From Vezdaea acicularis (taxonomy: Eukaryota): a stretch of DNA of 64,000 nt. This document shows positions 48,200 to 59,864 of the stretch, piece by piece. The DNA lies in contig JAPEUI010000039.1 in assembly GCA_026025075.1 (NCBI GenBank), positions 62,001 through 126,000 of the forward strand, written 5' to 3'. The translations under genes were made by a program, and so were the position numbers. Every line of letters begins with the position of its first letter. Position 1 is the first letter of the stretch. A model generated the notes under the pieces. The model was not told the origin of the DNA and did not search any database. It was given only the letters and a program-made list of their open reading frames with translations.

Positions 48200-51093
48200 A
48201 TGGTTACGCCTGTGCACCAAAGATTGCGCGGCCGTCCAGCCCGTAAGTCTTATTACATCTGAATGCTTACAGTTCGTTCATTTGTTGACCTTCAAGCTAG
48301 ATACTCCGGGGCCAACTTTCTTGACTTACACACCAGATGGCCGCAAGCTGATTACTGTTGGCTCAAACAATGCAATTAGAATCTATACAACTGGCTCGGA
48401 TGGTGAACCTAAGACTTTGGACGACTCCCAAGAGTCGAACAGCGCAGTTGCAGCAACAGTGCGTTTCAGCCTCATCGCCCTGAGAATATCACTGTGCTAA
48501 CGATATAGTACAGAATGCTTTTTTCCTGACCGGCTCTGAAGATGGAACAGTCTGTAAATACTCCTTGCTCACAAATGCTTTAGAAGGAGTCCTTGTGCGC
48601 TCTAGTCTACCTGTGCGCGATGTAGCTCTTTCTCCAGACGGGGAATGGGCCGCAGTTGCCAGCGAGTATGTATTGCAATCTCTCTATAATATGCGTATGC
48701 TAAATATATTAGTGAGCTTGTTGTCAAGCTTGTAAACACCACAGATATGACTAAAGTGCTATATCTCCGCGAGCAGACCAAGCCCCCCAAACATGTCTCC
48801 TTCGACCCCTCTGGGTCATATATTGCAGTATCAGCTTCAGACGGAATCATCTACGTGTATTCGCTCAGTATTGAGCAGCCAGAACTTCTGAAAAAGATAG
48901 ACGGAGTTATTCGTGCTTTAGAGACCGATTCCGAGACCAGTTCGAGGGCAGTATGGCACCCAGATGGCCGAGCACTCGGAGCACCCACCGCTACAAGAGG
49001 TAATTCTATCGACACGACGTGTACTGTATGGAGTTGATAAGGAGTTCTAGATGTTCAGGTAATATCGAGAAGTGACTGGGAGAAACAGCGAGTCTTTGGG
49101 AATGGCCATACTGCAGACATCACCGCAGTAGCCTGGTCACCCAACGGCGCGCTCCTCGCCACGTCTGGTGCCGATCGAACAATCCTCCTTTGGGAAGTTC
49201 AAAGTCAAAAAGTAATTGCTAAGTATGTCTCCGCTTACTGATGCTGGCTTGACTTGACCAAGCTGACACATGCCAGGTATGACTATTCAAACGTCATGTC
49301 ACTTGCGTGGCATCCAACCGATAATCTTCTCGCCTTCGCCAATACCGATGGCGAAGTCTTTATGTTTCCCTCTTTCGTTCCCCCATCCAACGAGCCTCTA
49401 CTCAGCAAGACGCTTCAGCCCGCACCATTCATCCATGACCCTCTCAGCGAAACATCCGCAAACATTCGACGACGCGTGGCCAATGGGGCCGAAACCTCCC
49501 TAGACCAGAGGTCGAAACGGCAAGCCTCACCAGACAGTCTTGATGAATTCCTTGGACCAAGGCCAATGGACGAAGATGACGACTTAGACGACTTCGTGAT
49601 AGACGATGACGGAGCTGGGTATACGAACGGCGCCAATGAAAGTAGGAAGAGAAAGGGGGATGACTTAGATGGCCGTGGGCATCGTAGCAAGCGACGGACA
49701 GGAGACTTGTTTTGGGAGCCAGTTCTGCACGAGGCTTTCCAGCCTGGTAGCTCTCCATGGAGGGGGAACAGGAGATATCTTTGTACAATCTCCTCGGCTA
49801 GTCTGTCAACGATTGTGCTAATTTATTTGTAGGTCTCAACCTGACTGGGTGCGTGTGGACTGTGGACCAAGAGACGCACCATACTGTGACCGTAGAGTTC
49901 TACGATCGAGAATACCACCGAGACTTCCATTTCACAGACCCCTATCTTTACGATAAAGCGTGTCTCAGTAGGTTTATTCTCAGCTGATTAAGAACCCTTT
50001 TCCTAACCTTATTCAAGATGACTCAGGGACCCTTTTCTCTTGTCCGCCCGCCAATGGTTCCCCAGCGATGGTCTTCTACCGTCCACATGAAACCTGGACA
50101 ACACGGGCAGACTGGCGAACACAACTGCCTGCCGGCGAAGACATCACCGCTATCTCTCTGAGCGAGAACTTCATTGTTGTTCTCACATCTACCAACTACG
50201 TTCGAATCTTCACCCTTTTTGGAACCCCTTTTCGCGTCTACCGACAGAAGGCTTCTCCAGCTGTTACTTGTGCTGCTTGGCGGGACTATGTCCTCACTAT
50301 GGGCAACGGATCCGTAGGTGCAGATGGAACGACGCAGCTATTGTATACAATTGAGAACGTAAAGCACGACGAGGTATGTCAGGCGGAGGACATCGTGGCG
50401 TTACCTCCTGATGTGCAGCTAAAGAGCGTGTTCTTCTCTGATAATGGCGATCCCTGCATATATGACTCTACCGGGACACTGCTCGTTCTTCTCCATTGGC
50501 GAACACCGGCACAAGCACGCTGGACTCCCCTGCTTGACACAAGGGCGTTGGAGCGACTTGCTGACGGAAAGAAACAAGAGAGCTACTGGCCTGTAGCTGT
50601 GGCACAGGATAAATTCCATTGCATTATCCTCAAGGGCGGAGACCAATACCCCTATTTCCCACGACCGCTGCTAAGCGAGTTCGATTTCAAGGTCCCCTTG
50701 ACGTCAAAGGCATTACCAGCAGATAGCGAGGAGACCCTTAGTGCGGCAGTCGGGACCGAGAAGCTTGAAGAGTCTTTCGTGCGGACAAGTCTCGTTGCCT
50801 CACTCCATTCCGATCTTGTCTCGGCTACGAATGCAACTCATACGCAGCGTGCGGAGATGGCAAGGCAGGAAACAGAAGTAGATAAGGTGCTGTTGCAGCT
50901 CCTGGCTGCAGAGTGCAGAGAAGGCGAGGAGCGAGGGATGAAGGCGCTCGAGATTGTCGGTCTTATGCGGGATCGGACAGGGCGGATGCTAGAAGCGGCA
51001 CAAAAGGTCGCGAGTAGATTTGGGAGGAACGTCTTGGTGGAGAAGATAGATGAGCTGGGGAGAAGAAGACTCAGTGGGGAGGAAGAAGAGTAA
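48200..51093 (+). CDS. CTF4: Replisome hub Ctf4/Mcl1/SepB (WD40 + SepB domain), multi-exon
   Basis: N-terminal WD40, FQPGSSPW...RRYLC|LNL, VEFYD, YWPVAV, CIILKGG...YPYFPRP, DKVLLQL. Confidence 0.93.
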
Positions 51094-51861
51094 AGCGTCC
51101 TTAAGATATGATGAGTATTCGGTTGATGATGATAAATGATTAGCGAATTCATTGGACACCGGACGAGCATTAAGGGGACGTTTTGTTAAAATAATGGCGT
51201 CTCCAAGGGGCTTTCTTTGAATGCGGTGCGCCATAGTCAAGCGTAGTGCTCCTAAAACTCGATGTACTAAGCTTTCCCTCGACACCTTATTTGCAATACG
51301 ACTCTTGTGGTGAAGCGTCACTGGACAAACAGAACGGACTATATAACAGGGGGCCCCCTGGTGTAGTGCGTGGGAGTCCATACGACTGAAGATCGCCCCC
51401 ACAATGAGAAGCAACTCGTACAGGGAGTGTTTACCTATGTAAGGAGAGATCGGCCACTTAATGAGGGCGCATGTATGCTACCAATTCGCCCATAGGGTAG
51501 GATGGCGTGCGTACGGCAAGTCGCCAATATAACGAGGCGTCGCTAATGTAACGGGAGATTCGTCATGCACTGAAACGACATCCACGCAATAATGATTGTT
51601 CCCAGAAGGGGAGGCTTCCTGGTAGACGATGCTCCAAGTTATTCAGGAGTATTAGAACGCCGAGGAGATCTACGGAAGTCTCATCGTTCAAGAATGTGGG
51701 TGTTGAGTACCATATATCCTCGAAATCACCTCCCGTGACCGAGGCTCTCGAACTCAACGGATTCGGCCGCTCACTCCTGATTCTGGCGTACTTTATGGAG
51801 AAAAAAGCCAAGACATACTGCTCACTGGCACTAACGGCTTGCGCTCCCCGGAAGGTAGTCT

Positions 51862-53018
51862 TCAAGTCGGACCCGCATCATCCACGATGGCAGTTTCCTC
51901 CTCCAAAGACTTGTCCCGCCCTCTGTAACGGAAGAATTGGACGAAGATTGCGAGATCCAATAACAGAGTTCCCAGACTCCCAAGAATCCAGCTCAAATTG
52001 ACCAATATATAGCGGCCGTAGATTGCTGCAGCCTCACCTTCTCTGCAATGTCTCAGATGCCTGCATTTGGGAGAGAATGCTGCAATAGAGAGGACATAAG
52101 TCAGGTTTCCAACGCACGCAAAGAGGAAAAAGAGAATCGCAATTCCTTCTGTAGATTTGCGGCGATAATTGAGCAAAAGCTGTGGTATCCGGCTTCCGAG
52201 GTATAAAATAGCACATATGTATCCGAAAATCTGACCCCATACGCTGAAAGCAAGCTTGGATTCTTGGTCCTCCTGTATATGGCGCCCACCGTCTTTTCCA
52301 TTGTATTTGTTCGCAAACTTATTACTTAACCACCACCCTAGCACGCCTGCTATGCATACAACGACTATGGAAAGGATATTAAGGAATATCGCTTTTATCA
52401 CAGAGGTAGACTTGAAATTTCCACTGGCCGGAATGTCTAATGGCTTGGGATCATCTAACAAGGGTGTAACGGGCGATAAATGCGTGCCGTCTACATTTTG
52501 TGAACTTATAAATGATGACCGTGATAATCTTCGATCATGTTCAGGGCGATGTAGAAGTGTGGAAGCCTCTGTCTCAACATCTGCCTGGTTCTCAGATCCC
52601 AAGGCCTTGTCGGACCATGTAAATCCTCGATAGTAAAAGCATTGGCCAAGTAGTATGACATCCGCAATCGTGTAATAAACGGCCAATATGATCTATCTCA
52701 TGTCAGTCCAGAAGATTTCCAATGTGGCCGGATGAGACATACCATAGTGGGAAGCACCCCCTGAAAGACACAGCCAATGACATTGGCAAAGTCACCTGCG
52801 AGCCAGGCAATTAGAAAGAGCAAGGATAGGCCGTCCGCGGATCCACGCCGCCAATTTTCTAGAACTTGTGGGGAGAAGACGACTATCCAGCATGCAATAG
52901 AAATAGAGCTATGACTCTCAGTAGGGATCCCCTAATTTGAAAATTACGTCTGTGCTTACCCTAATATTCCACTGATACCCTCAACGCTAAGGTCTAGATC
53001 CTGTACAGGAGGAATCAT
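51862..53018 (-). CDS. Vacuolar PQ-loop cationic amino acid transporter (Ypq/Rtc2 family); two introns
   Basis: SISIACWIVVFSPQ, GDFANVIG, second loop LYLGSRIPQLLLNYRRKSTEG, GSLGTLLLD. Confidence 0.9.
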
Positions 53019-54218
53019 AACGACTTCGGAGTCTCCTTGGAGTACAGTTGTGCCCCAGCGCAAAGAAATGGCTTCTGAGTAAAGCTCCTATGTACAAAGA
53101 ACGATAGCGTCACTAGGTAGTTCACGCGGGAAATCTGATTGTCGCTGGAGCAAATCTAGGACTGTGCCTATACCTGAGGGCTTTGTATATACTGTATACT
53201 GCCAAAAAAGAGAGATATGAGTCTTCTACACGGTCTAGAACCATCTTGAAATGCTCAGTCCGAAGCCTTTTAAGCCCGCAAGTTTAACTACCCCGCTAGG
53301 CGCAAAAATTTCGTCGGCTATTGCCCCACTACGTAATGGCTTGCTCCCCACCAACGCCAAGTACCATGTGAGAAAAGAGCAAAAAGCTCCAATTCAGCCA
53401 TCAAAAGCAGGCGTAGCCTAAAGTCATTCAATCGAGACAGCTCCCAGTGTAAAGAGTCTAAAGCTGAGGTAGAATGTGTCCTGAATCCGTTCTACCCGTC
53501 CGTGACTTGAGCTTCGCTGACTTTGCGCCAAGCCCGATAAATGAGATCGCGGGGAAACACTAGGATATTGATCCCCAGTATTCAATAGCACGTAGACATC
53601 CACTGAGTATTAAGAGATGTCTATTCTTCTTTGGCGTCTATAGCTCCTACTCTGCGTGACGCCTGCGCCCATTCTGTCCTGAGATTAATCTGTTGCCTGC
53701 TTGTACACGCACATCTCGCACTTCCGTAGTCTGACATGGTTGGTCGGATTGTGGTTAAGGTCTGTAATGGTCGGATCCCAGTCCTTCTGATCCTTCTGGT
53801 GCGTACATGATGCGTGTATGTTCGGGGGGACTGTTATGATTCGGAGAGGGTTTGAATGGGATGAGTATTCAGCTACTTCCGAACCACGGATGTCTGCTCG
53901 TGTTGTGGTGTCGTCGTTGTACCTCGAACTCATACTCGTCATCATTTCATGGTCTGAGATGTCGCCATAATTGCCACATTTGACCCGCTGTGATTGACAA
54001 CGATCATAGGTACGCCCGGCTTGTAAGCTTGAGTTTTAATGAGCTTTACGTACAACTTGGCTGCTGTCCACCATCTCGCAACGGCGCCAAGGCGGTGTAC
54101 TAAATACTTCGACGAGATACATAAGATTTGTTGCTTCAATCAACCTCACACGCCTTCCGCTAATTCCGGACAACTGCGTGCTGCCAAGCGGTTTGCTCAA
54201 CAAAGAACGGTTTCGACA

Positions 54219-55209
54219 ATGGCAAACATTCCATCAATTAAGCTGAAAGATGGTAACTCCATCCCCTTGGTAAGTGATAATTAATTCATCCATCCTTAGT
54301 ATTATTTGCGATTGACTTTAACCCCGCAGCTTGGTTTCGGGACTGGTACTGCATGGTATAAACCGGCTGGTGCCGGCCTTGACCAGACTCTGGTCGAGTC
54401 ACTAAAGACAGCGATCAAGCTAGGATATACACATCTTGATGGTGCTGAGAGTATGCCCTAACTTTCCATAGGAAATATGCTTTGCAAAACTAATTCAGAG
54501 CACAGCCTACGGCACGGAGCCGGAGCTTGGCCAGGCGATAAAGGATTCCGGGGTTCATCGCTCTTCACTTTTCGTAACGACAAAAGTATGGCAAGGCATG
54601 TCAGACATTCCCGCATCATTTGAAGATAGCTTAAAGAAGCTGCAATTGGAATATGTCGACTTGTACTTGATCCATGCGCCATATAAGTTCAATTCTGACA
54701 CGGAGTTGCAAGCGGCCTGGAAGAACATGGAAGCCATTAAGGCGTCCGGAAGGGCAAAGAGTATTGGTGTCAGCAACTATCTACCCGTCCATCTTAAGGC
54801 TACGCTTGCCACAGCTAAGGAGCCGCCGGCTATTAATCAGATCGAATTTCATCCATATCTACAGCATCCTCAGCTTCTAGTCTTCCAAAAAGAGCATGAT
54901 ATTGCAATCTCCGCCTACGGCCCTCTAACAGCAATAACAAAGGCCAAGCCGGGACCACTAGACAGTGTTTATGCGGAACTGGCGAAGAAATATGGTAAGA
55001 CAGAGGGTGAAATTGCTTTGCGATGGTGTATAGACCAGGGCATTGTCGCCATCACGACAACCGGCAAAGAAGACAGGATGAAGGAGTATTTGAATGCGCT
55101 CACTTTCAAGTTGACTGCAGAGGAAATCAAGGAGATCAGCACGAAAGGTTCAGAGAAGAACTTCCGCGGTTTCTGGAAGGCAAAATTCGCTGAGGATGAT
55201 TGGGAGTGA
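54219..55209 (+). CDS. Aldo-keto reductase; introns 54269-54329 and ~54451-54503
   Basis: IP|LGFGTGT, HLDGAE, LFVTTK, YVDLYLIH, SIGVSNY, NQIEFHPY. Confidence 0.92.
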
Positions 55210-56412
55210 TTGGTCCGGTAGCCGCTATAAAGTGAGAACACTCGTACTGAATAACGTATGATGTTGTGTGGCTTTCTGTTTTCTCCTGAAATTACTAAGT
55301 GTGACCCTGGCGATCACCGGCTTCAGCTGGACACAGTATGGCCAGAATTGAGCGGAGCCACAATGTGCGCTGATGGAAAACGAGCTCACGCCTTCTCGTC
55401 TCTCGATTCATATCTTGCACTAATCTTGTGCGACAGCCGATTACTAACGCTTTTCTGCTTGCAAAGACTGTTTTAGAGCTTTTGAAAAATCTTATATTCG
55501 GGACAGCTAGTCGTACCTACGTGGTTCCTTTGAGAGATTATTCAGAGGCCACCCAGTGAATGAGATATAGCTCATGAATTGAGGGGACCCTCCCGCAATA
55601 TGATGTTGCACGTACAACAAAGATGTTGCCCATATGACGGAAGTTTGCTCGTATAATGGGAGGAGGAACCGGTCATTATCCGCAAAACACCTTCAAGAGC
55701 TGGGCAGGGATTCATGGATAACGAACGCGACATAACCCATACGTAGCTCCAAATGCAAGAAGGTGAATTCCAAATTCAAGCGGTGGAGGTACACATCTTT
55801 TCGCCCCCATCTTCATTACGAACCATAGATCCATGAGTGACATCACGGAACGATCCTCGGGTGACCTCCTTGGCGGTGCGCCTCGCTAAGCCCCACAGAC
55901 AACCGCTATCATTAGCTCCCGCAGACCCGGGCCTCCGTAATAATGACCCACGCCTCTCTCCTGCAGCCCCCAAGATCATGCAGATACATGTTAGCCCAGT
56001 GAGAACTTTGCATGGCTGACACATGAAACTTGAGGTGCAATGGGGGCTTTTGTTTTACATGTCTTCGGTTGGTGCGTCCAACGCCAACACGCTGGCTTCA
56101 GCTTTTGTGCGGCGTTCGGCGGAAGGCTTGGGCGTTGCGGTCATGGGATTGGGATATAGGCTGGAGGGATGCCACCTTGTATTGTATGAGATCTCTGGGG
56201 ACAAAGCATATTCTGCGACTAGCCACAAAGCATCCTCTAGAACTCATATGTTCCGGGAGTAATTGCCCAGCCAAATCTGCTCCCAGAATAGACACCCAGT
56301 CACTCATCAATCATCGGTAAATTATTGATACCTACGATGAATCAAACCGGCAAAATAATTCTCCAGCCCAAACATATACCTTAGTCGACTCGATTATAAG
56401 CTCCTATCCTCG

Positions 56413-57444
56413 ATGTCCGGCTGGGCAGGCCTTTCGTTCGGGGCGAAACTCGGCATTGTACTAGCAGTATGTCTCGTCGGTATTATGGTAGTCATCGGCA
56501 TTGTATTCACTCTCGGCAGAAGGCGCAGAGGTAGAATAAGGCAGCCAGATCATGAGGCGTTGACAACTGATACCGAGCTTGTTCACTCAGGAGAAGAAAA
56601 CCCAGACTCCGAGTCACAAGGCCCACACCAACGAGCCGTTGATTCCCACGGGGAGGAAGAAATACATCTAGAAGGAGATCCAAGACAGATGACGGAGCGG
56701 GATCCTACAGTAACAGCCTATGGAGCTCCGCCAAGACCCTTTACGATACCGAGAAAGCTGCCCGGGCAATTAAATCCTGAGGGGTACTCAAATGGTTTCC
56801 TAATCCCGAGAAAGGCGCCTGGAAGGCATAGGAGGTTCTGGGGCGCAGATCCAAGCCAGGTGCCAGAGAACATTCCTCCAATCACAAGACGAGAACGAAG
56901 TCTAAAGCGTTTTGTGATACCAAGGAAACTGCCTGGCTCCTCAAGATACGACACCGACTCAAGGCGACTCTCGCTCTCAAGAAGATTTTCTGTCCGCTCA
57001 GTCACAAGGCTATGGGAACCTGATCCTGGCCAGATGCTTGGAGCGGCGCCTCCGCTTCCAGCTGAAAGACATAAGTACATTGCAAGAGATCTTGTGGTTC
57101 CAAGAGCAAGACCTAGGGGGTCATGTCTGTCGCCACATAGTCCATTCGAAGCGCCCGGCCCGACACAGCCGGGGATAGTGGCTCCCCAAGAAGCTTCGTG
57201 GTTAGATCTGGACACAGCCCAGTCTGATATCGATCACACCGATGAATCTTATTCGAGCTTTTCGAATGAAGTCGCTGGTGCACTGCAATTGAGAGCAGAG
57301 GAACCGTTCTTGCTAAAGGAACAAGAAAGGTCTCGAGAAGAGGATGCTGGTCTCTCGGATGATTCGAGAAGAAGGCTTAAAGAGAGAATGAGGACTCTAA
57401 GAGATTCTTACAATTCACAAGGCCACTTTGGACCGGTGTTCTAG
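56413..57444 (+). CDS. Orphan single-pass membrane protein with repeated FxIPRKxPG motif
   Basis: 343-aa intronless ORF; hydrophobic LGIVLAVCLVGIMVVIGIVFTL followed by RRRR. Confidence 0.7.
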   Translation: MSGWAGLSFGAKLGIVLAVCLVGIMVVIGIVFTLGRRRRGRIRQPDHEALTTDTELVHSGEENPDSESQGPHQRAVDSHGEEEIHLEGDPRQMTERDPTVTAYGAPPRPFTIPRKLPGQLNPEGYSNGFLIPRKAPGRHRRFWGADPSQVPENIPPITRRERSLKRFVIPRKLPGSSRYDTDSRRLSLSRRFSVRSVTRLWEPDPGQMLGAAPPLPAERHKYIARDLVVPRARPRGSCLSPHSPFEAPGPTQPGIVAPQEASWLDLDTAQSDIDHTDESYSSFSNEVAGALQLRAEEPFLLKEQERSREEDAGLSDDSRRRLKERMRTLRDSYNSQGHFGPVF

Positions 57445-57687
57445 ACATGAAAGTCTCGATATATTATCCTAATTCAATGGATGCGTGGCGGCGTAGTCAT
57501 GGCGTGCTTTTCCTCTGCGAAGTTGCAATTTCTACCAAGTTGGGAATATTAGTTTGTAGCATACCTTCGGAACATATGATACCAGCTGAGCTATGTGCCC
57601 TTCAGCAAAGGCATAGGGGCAGTACCACATATCCACTACTATGATATTCGAGGGGAGGTGCGGTGACCAGTACTAACAAATCTCTCC

Positions 57688-58310
57688 TTAGGGTTTGTCA
57701 TCCTTTTCATAGGATTGCACACCCTTCCTGGTCTCCATAGGCCCTACATCGCCTTCCTCTACTTGCTCATTTGTCTCTGTCCCTTCTTTTCCATCAGAGC
57801 CATTCGCGAGCAGCCATCCAACGATTTCATCCTTGCCAGCTCTTTCTGCCTCACTGCCGGCCATAAAGCCAGCCTTGTTCTTGATATCCGCATCCGCGCC
57901 ATTCTGTGCCAGGAATTTGCAAGCGTCGAGATGTCCGTTCATTGAGGCCCAATGTAAGGCTGTGTTGCCAGCGGTGTTTTGCGCATTGAGCATTGCGAAC
58001 CGTAGGTCGTCAGGACATACTGAGAGAATGTATTTCAAAATGTCTGAGCGATGATAAGCAACCAAGAAATTAGTCTTGGTACATATGCGACGTTCTTACC
58101 GAGGTACCCATTTGCGGCGGCCATATGCAGAGGTGTATTACCGTTGTTCGCATCTACTGCCGAAGCTATGAAATCATGTCCGGTGTGGCCATGCGTAGTG
58201 AAAAGGGTTTCAACTGAGGCCTTGAGCTCTTTCAAGTCACCTGTCCGAGAGAAGTAGAGAAGCTCATCCAAATCGTCCTCTGAAAGAACATGAGCGGGTG
58301 CTAAGCTCAT
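57688..58310 (-). CDS. YAR1: Ankyrin-repeat Rps3 chaperone Yar1; intron ~58045-58100
   Basis: DELLYFSRTGD, GNTPLHMAAANG, NAQNTAGNTALHWASMNGH, acidic tail. Confidence 0.88.
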
Positions 58311-58778
58311 TCTCTCTGTGCGTAGCTGCAGTGGGGAGAAATTTTGGATGTTAAGACGAGCCGGTATCGAACACTTACCAAGTAAAAGTTATGAGCTGCC
58401 AACCAATAACACTTTGTGGATATCAGAGAATTGTTCACCAACGACGATGGGCCGGTATGTTTCTCAAATTACTTTATTAAACTTTAAGCTTTATTTTTTT
58501 GAATTGCGACCAAAGGAAGATTCAACAGCAAGTAAGTTAATGGTATGGTTATCTTGTTAATACTATAGCTTTCGATTCAGGAACATCAATAAGGGTGAAT
58601 CGCATAATTATACAGTAGTCAAACCTTTTCCTTTTAAAGAGAGGGATGAGGTTCTCAGGTTGAAAAGACTGAAAATATGCCCGTGAAAGCGAAGTGATCA
58701 CGCCATGCCCTTCACCGAACATGACACCTTTTGCTAGTAAAAAGCAATCCCAACGCCAGAAGTACGACATTTTCAATA

Positions 58779-59582
58779 TTAGTCCCTCAGCCATGCTCTC
58801 CGCTTCTCTTCTTTCTTTTCCCTCCTTTTCTCCTTGAACTGCTTTAGTTCTTTTTTCGTTAGCTTCTTGCCTGAACGCTCCGCCTTAAGACTCTTCCCGT
58901 CGTGACTGTTTGCTGCAGCGTCGACGTCGAAGAACGCATTCATCTGCCGGCGGCTCTTATTCTCGTCATTGTAATTTTCTGGGGCGAGGGTCGCAGCCTG
59001 CCATTTGCCCGTAAAGCGGTTGAATGTTCCAGTAGCGGCGTAGAGGTTGGCAGCGTCTGTTCCGGGAACTCCGGGGCCCGCTTCTTCCTGAGTTTCTTGA
59101 GCATAAGGAGCGGTTGGGTCGTAGTCTCCATGAATTGCAGGATCATATCCACCATGTAAAAGCCGTGAGGCCTGGTCTGCAACACCGCTCGTGCTACCTT
59201 CATCTGGATTTTCAGAGCCCGCAGCCTCAGGGACTCGTGGATTGGTCCAGGTAGATTGCCCTGTGAATCTGTTGTAGAATGCCCACGCCTGTGCATCGTT
59301 ATCCCACCTTGGTTCCCAGCCGTCGTCCTCAACCTCAGTCGGTGGGGCCTCGGCGGGAAGAGGGGGCTGCTCTTCATGAGGCAGAGGCACTTCTGGTTTG
59401 GTTTGTCCGAGTTCTGAGCCTGTTTCTATCCGGTCATGACCAGCATCAGAAGTAGTCTTTGTGTCGGCCTCAGGAGAGACCTGCTCTTCATCTGTTGAGG
59501 TTTCCGCATGGCCTGTTGTGCCATTCGTTCTAAGGTTGCTGGGTGATCCTGAAGGGCTCGCGGAAGATGTCTCGAACCCCAT
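58779..59582 (-). CDS. WW-domain protein with basic C-terminus
   Basis: GWEPRWDNDAQAWAFYNRFTGQSTWTNP, FNRFTGKWQ, RQMNAFFD, KKEEKRRAWLRD. Confidence 0.85.
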   Translation of the reverse strand: MGFETSSASPSGSPSNLRTNGTTGHAETSTDEEQVSPEADTKTTSDAGHDRIETGSELGQTKPEVPLPHEEQPPLPAEAPPTEVEDDGWEPRWDNDAQAWAFYNRFTGQSTWTNPRVPEAAGSENPDEGSTSGVADQASRLLHGGYDPAIHGDYDPTAPYAQETQEEAGPGVPGTDAANLYAATGTFNRFTGKWQAATLAPENYNDENKSRRQMNAFFDVDAAANSHDGKSLKAERSGKKLTKKELKQFKEKRREKKEEKRRAWLRD

Positions 59583-59864
59583 GCTACCTATTCCAAATCG
59601 ACCAATCAAACGTGAAAATTATCGGAAAGATTCAGGACATCATAGTCTGGTGGGAGCAAGCATGCGTTCAAAGCCTCATGACAAAGACCATGGTTTGAGA
59701 ATGGGCAGTGCGGGTGTGCTAAGCTTTTTGAGTTGCGCTAATCGCCAAGCTAGCCGCCTCGTAGCACTTCGGTTCAAACCTCAAAAGAAATATTAGAAGA
59801 TGCGCCTAGTCGTGCGCCCCAGCCGTACAGAGTAGCAACTTCCTCATCCTTCCCCCTCTTGATC

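Noticed and set aside
51105..51135. TGATGA box C motifs after CTF4
   Set aside because: No D box at a suitable distance; looks like a (TGA)n 3'UTR tract
53331..53345. GTAATGGCTT similar to the fungal SRP RNA Alu start
   Set aside because: No SRP S-domain helix 8 motif seen downstream
19314..58310. Apparent clustering of ribosome-biogenesis (PWP2, NOP10, NOB1, YAR1) and DNA-repair (SPO11, RAD9, CTF4) genes
   Set aside because: Interspersed with unrelated housekeeping genes; compatible with chance
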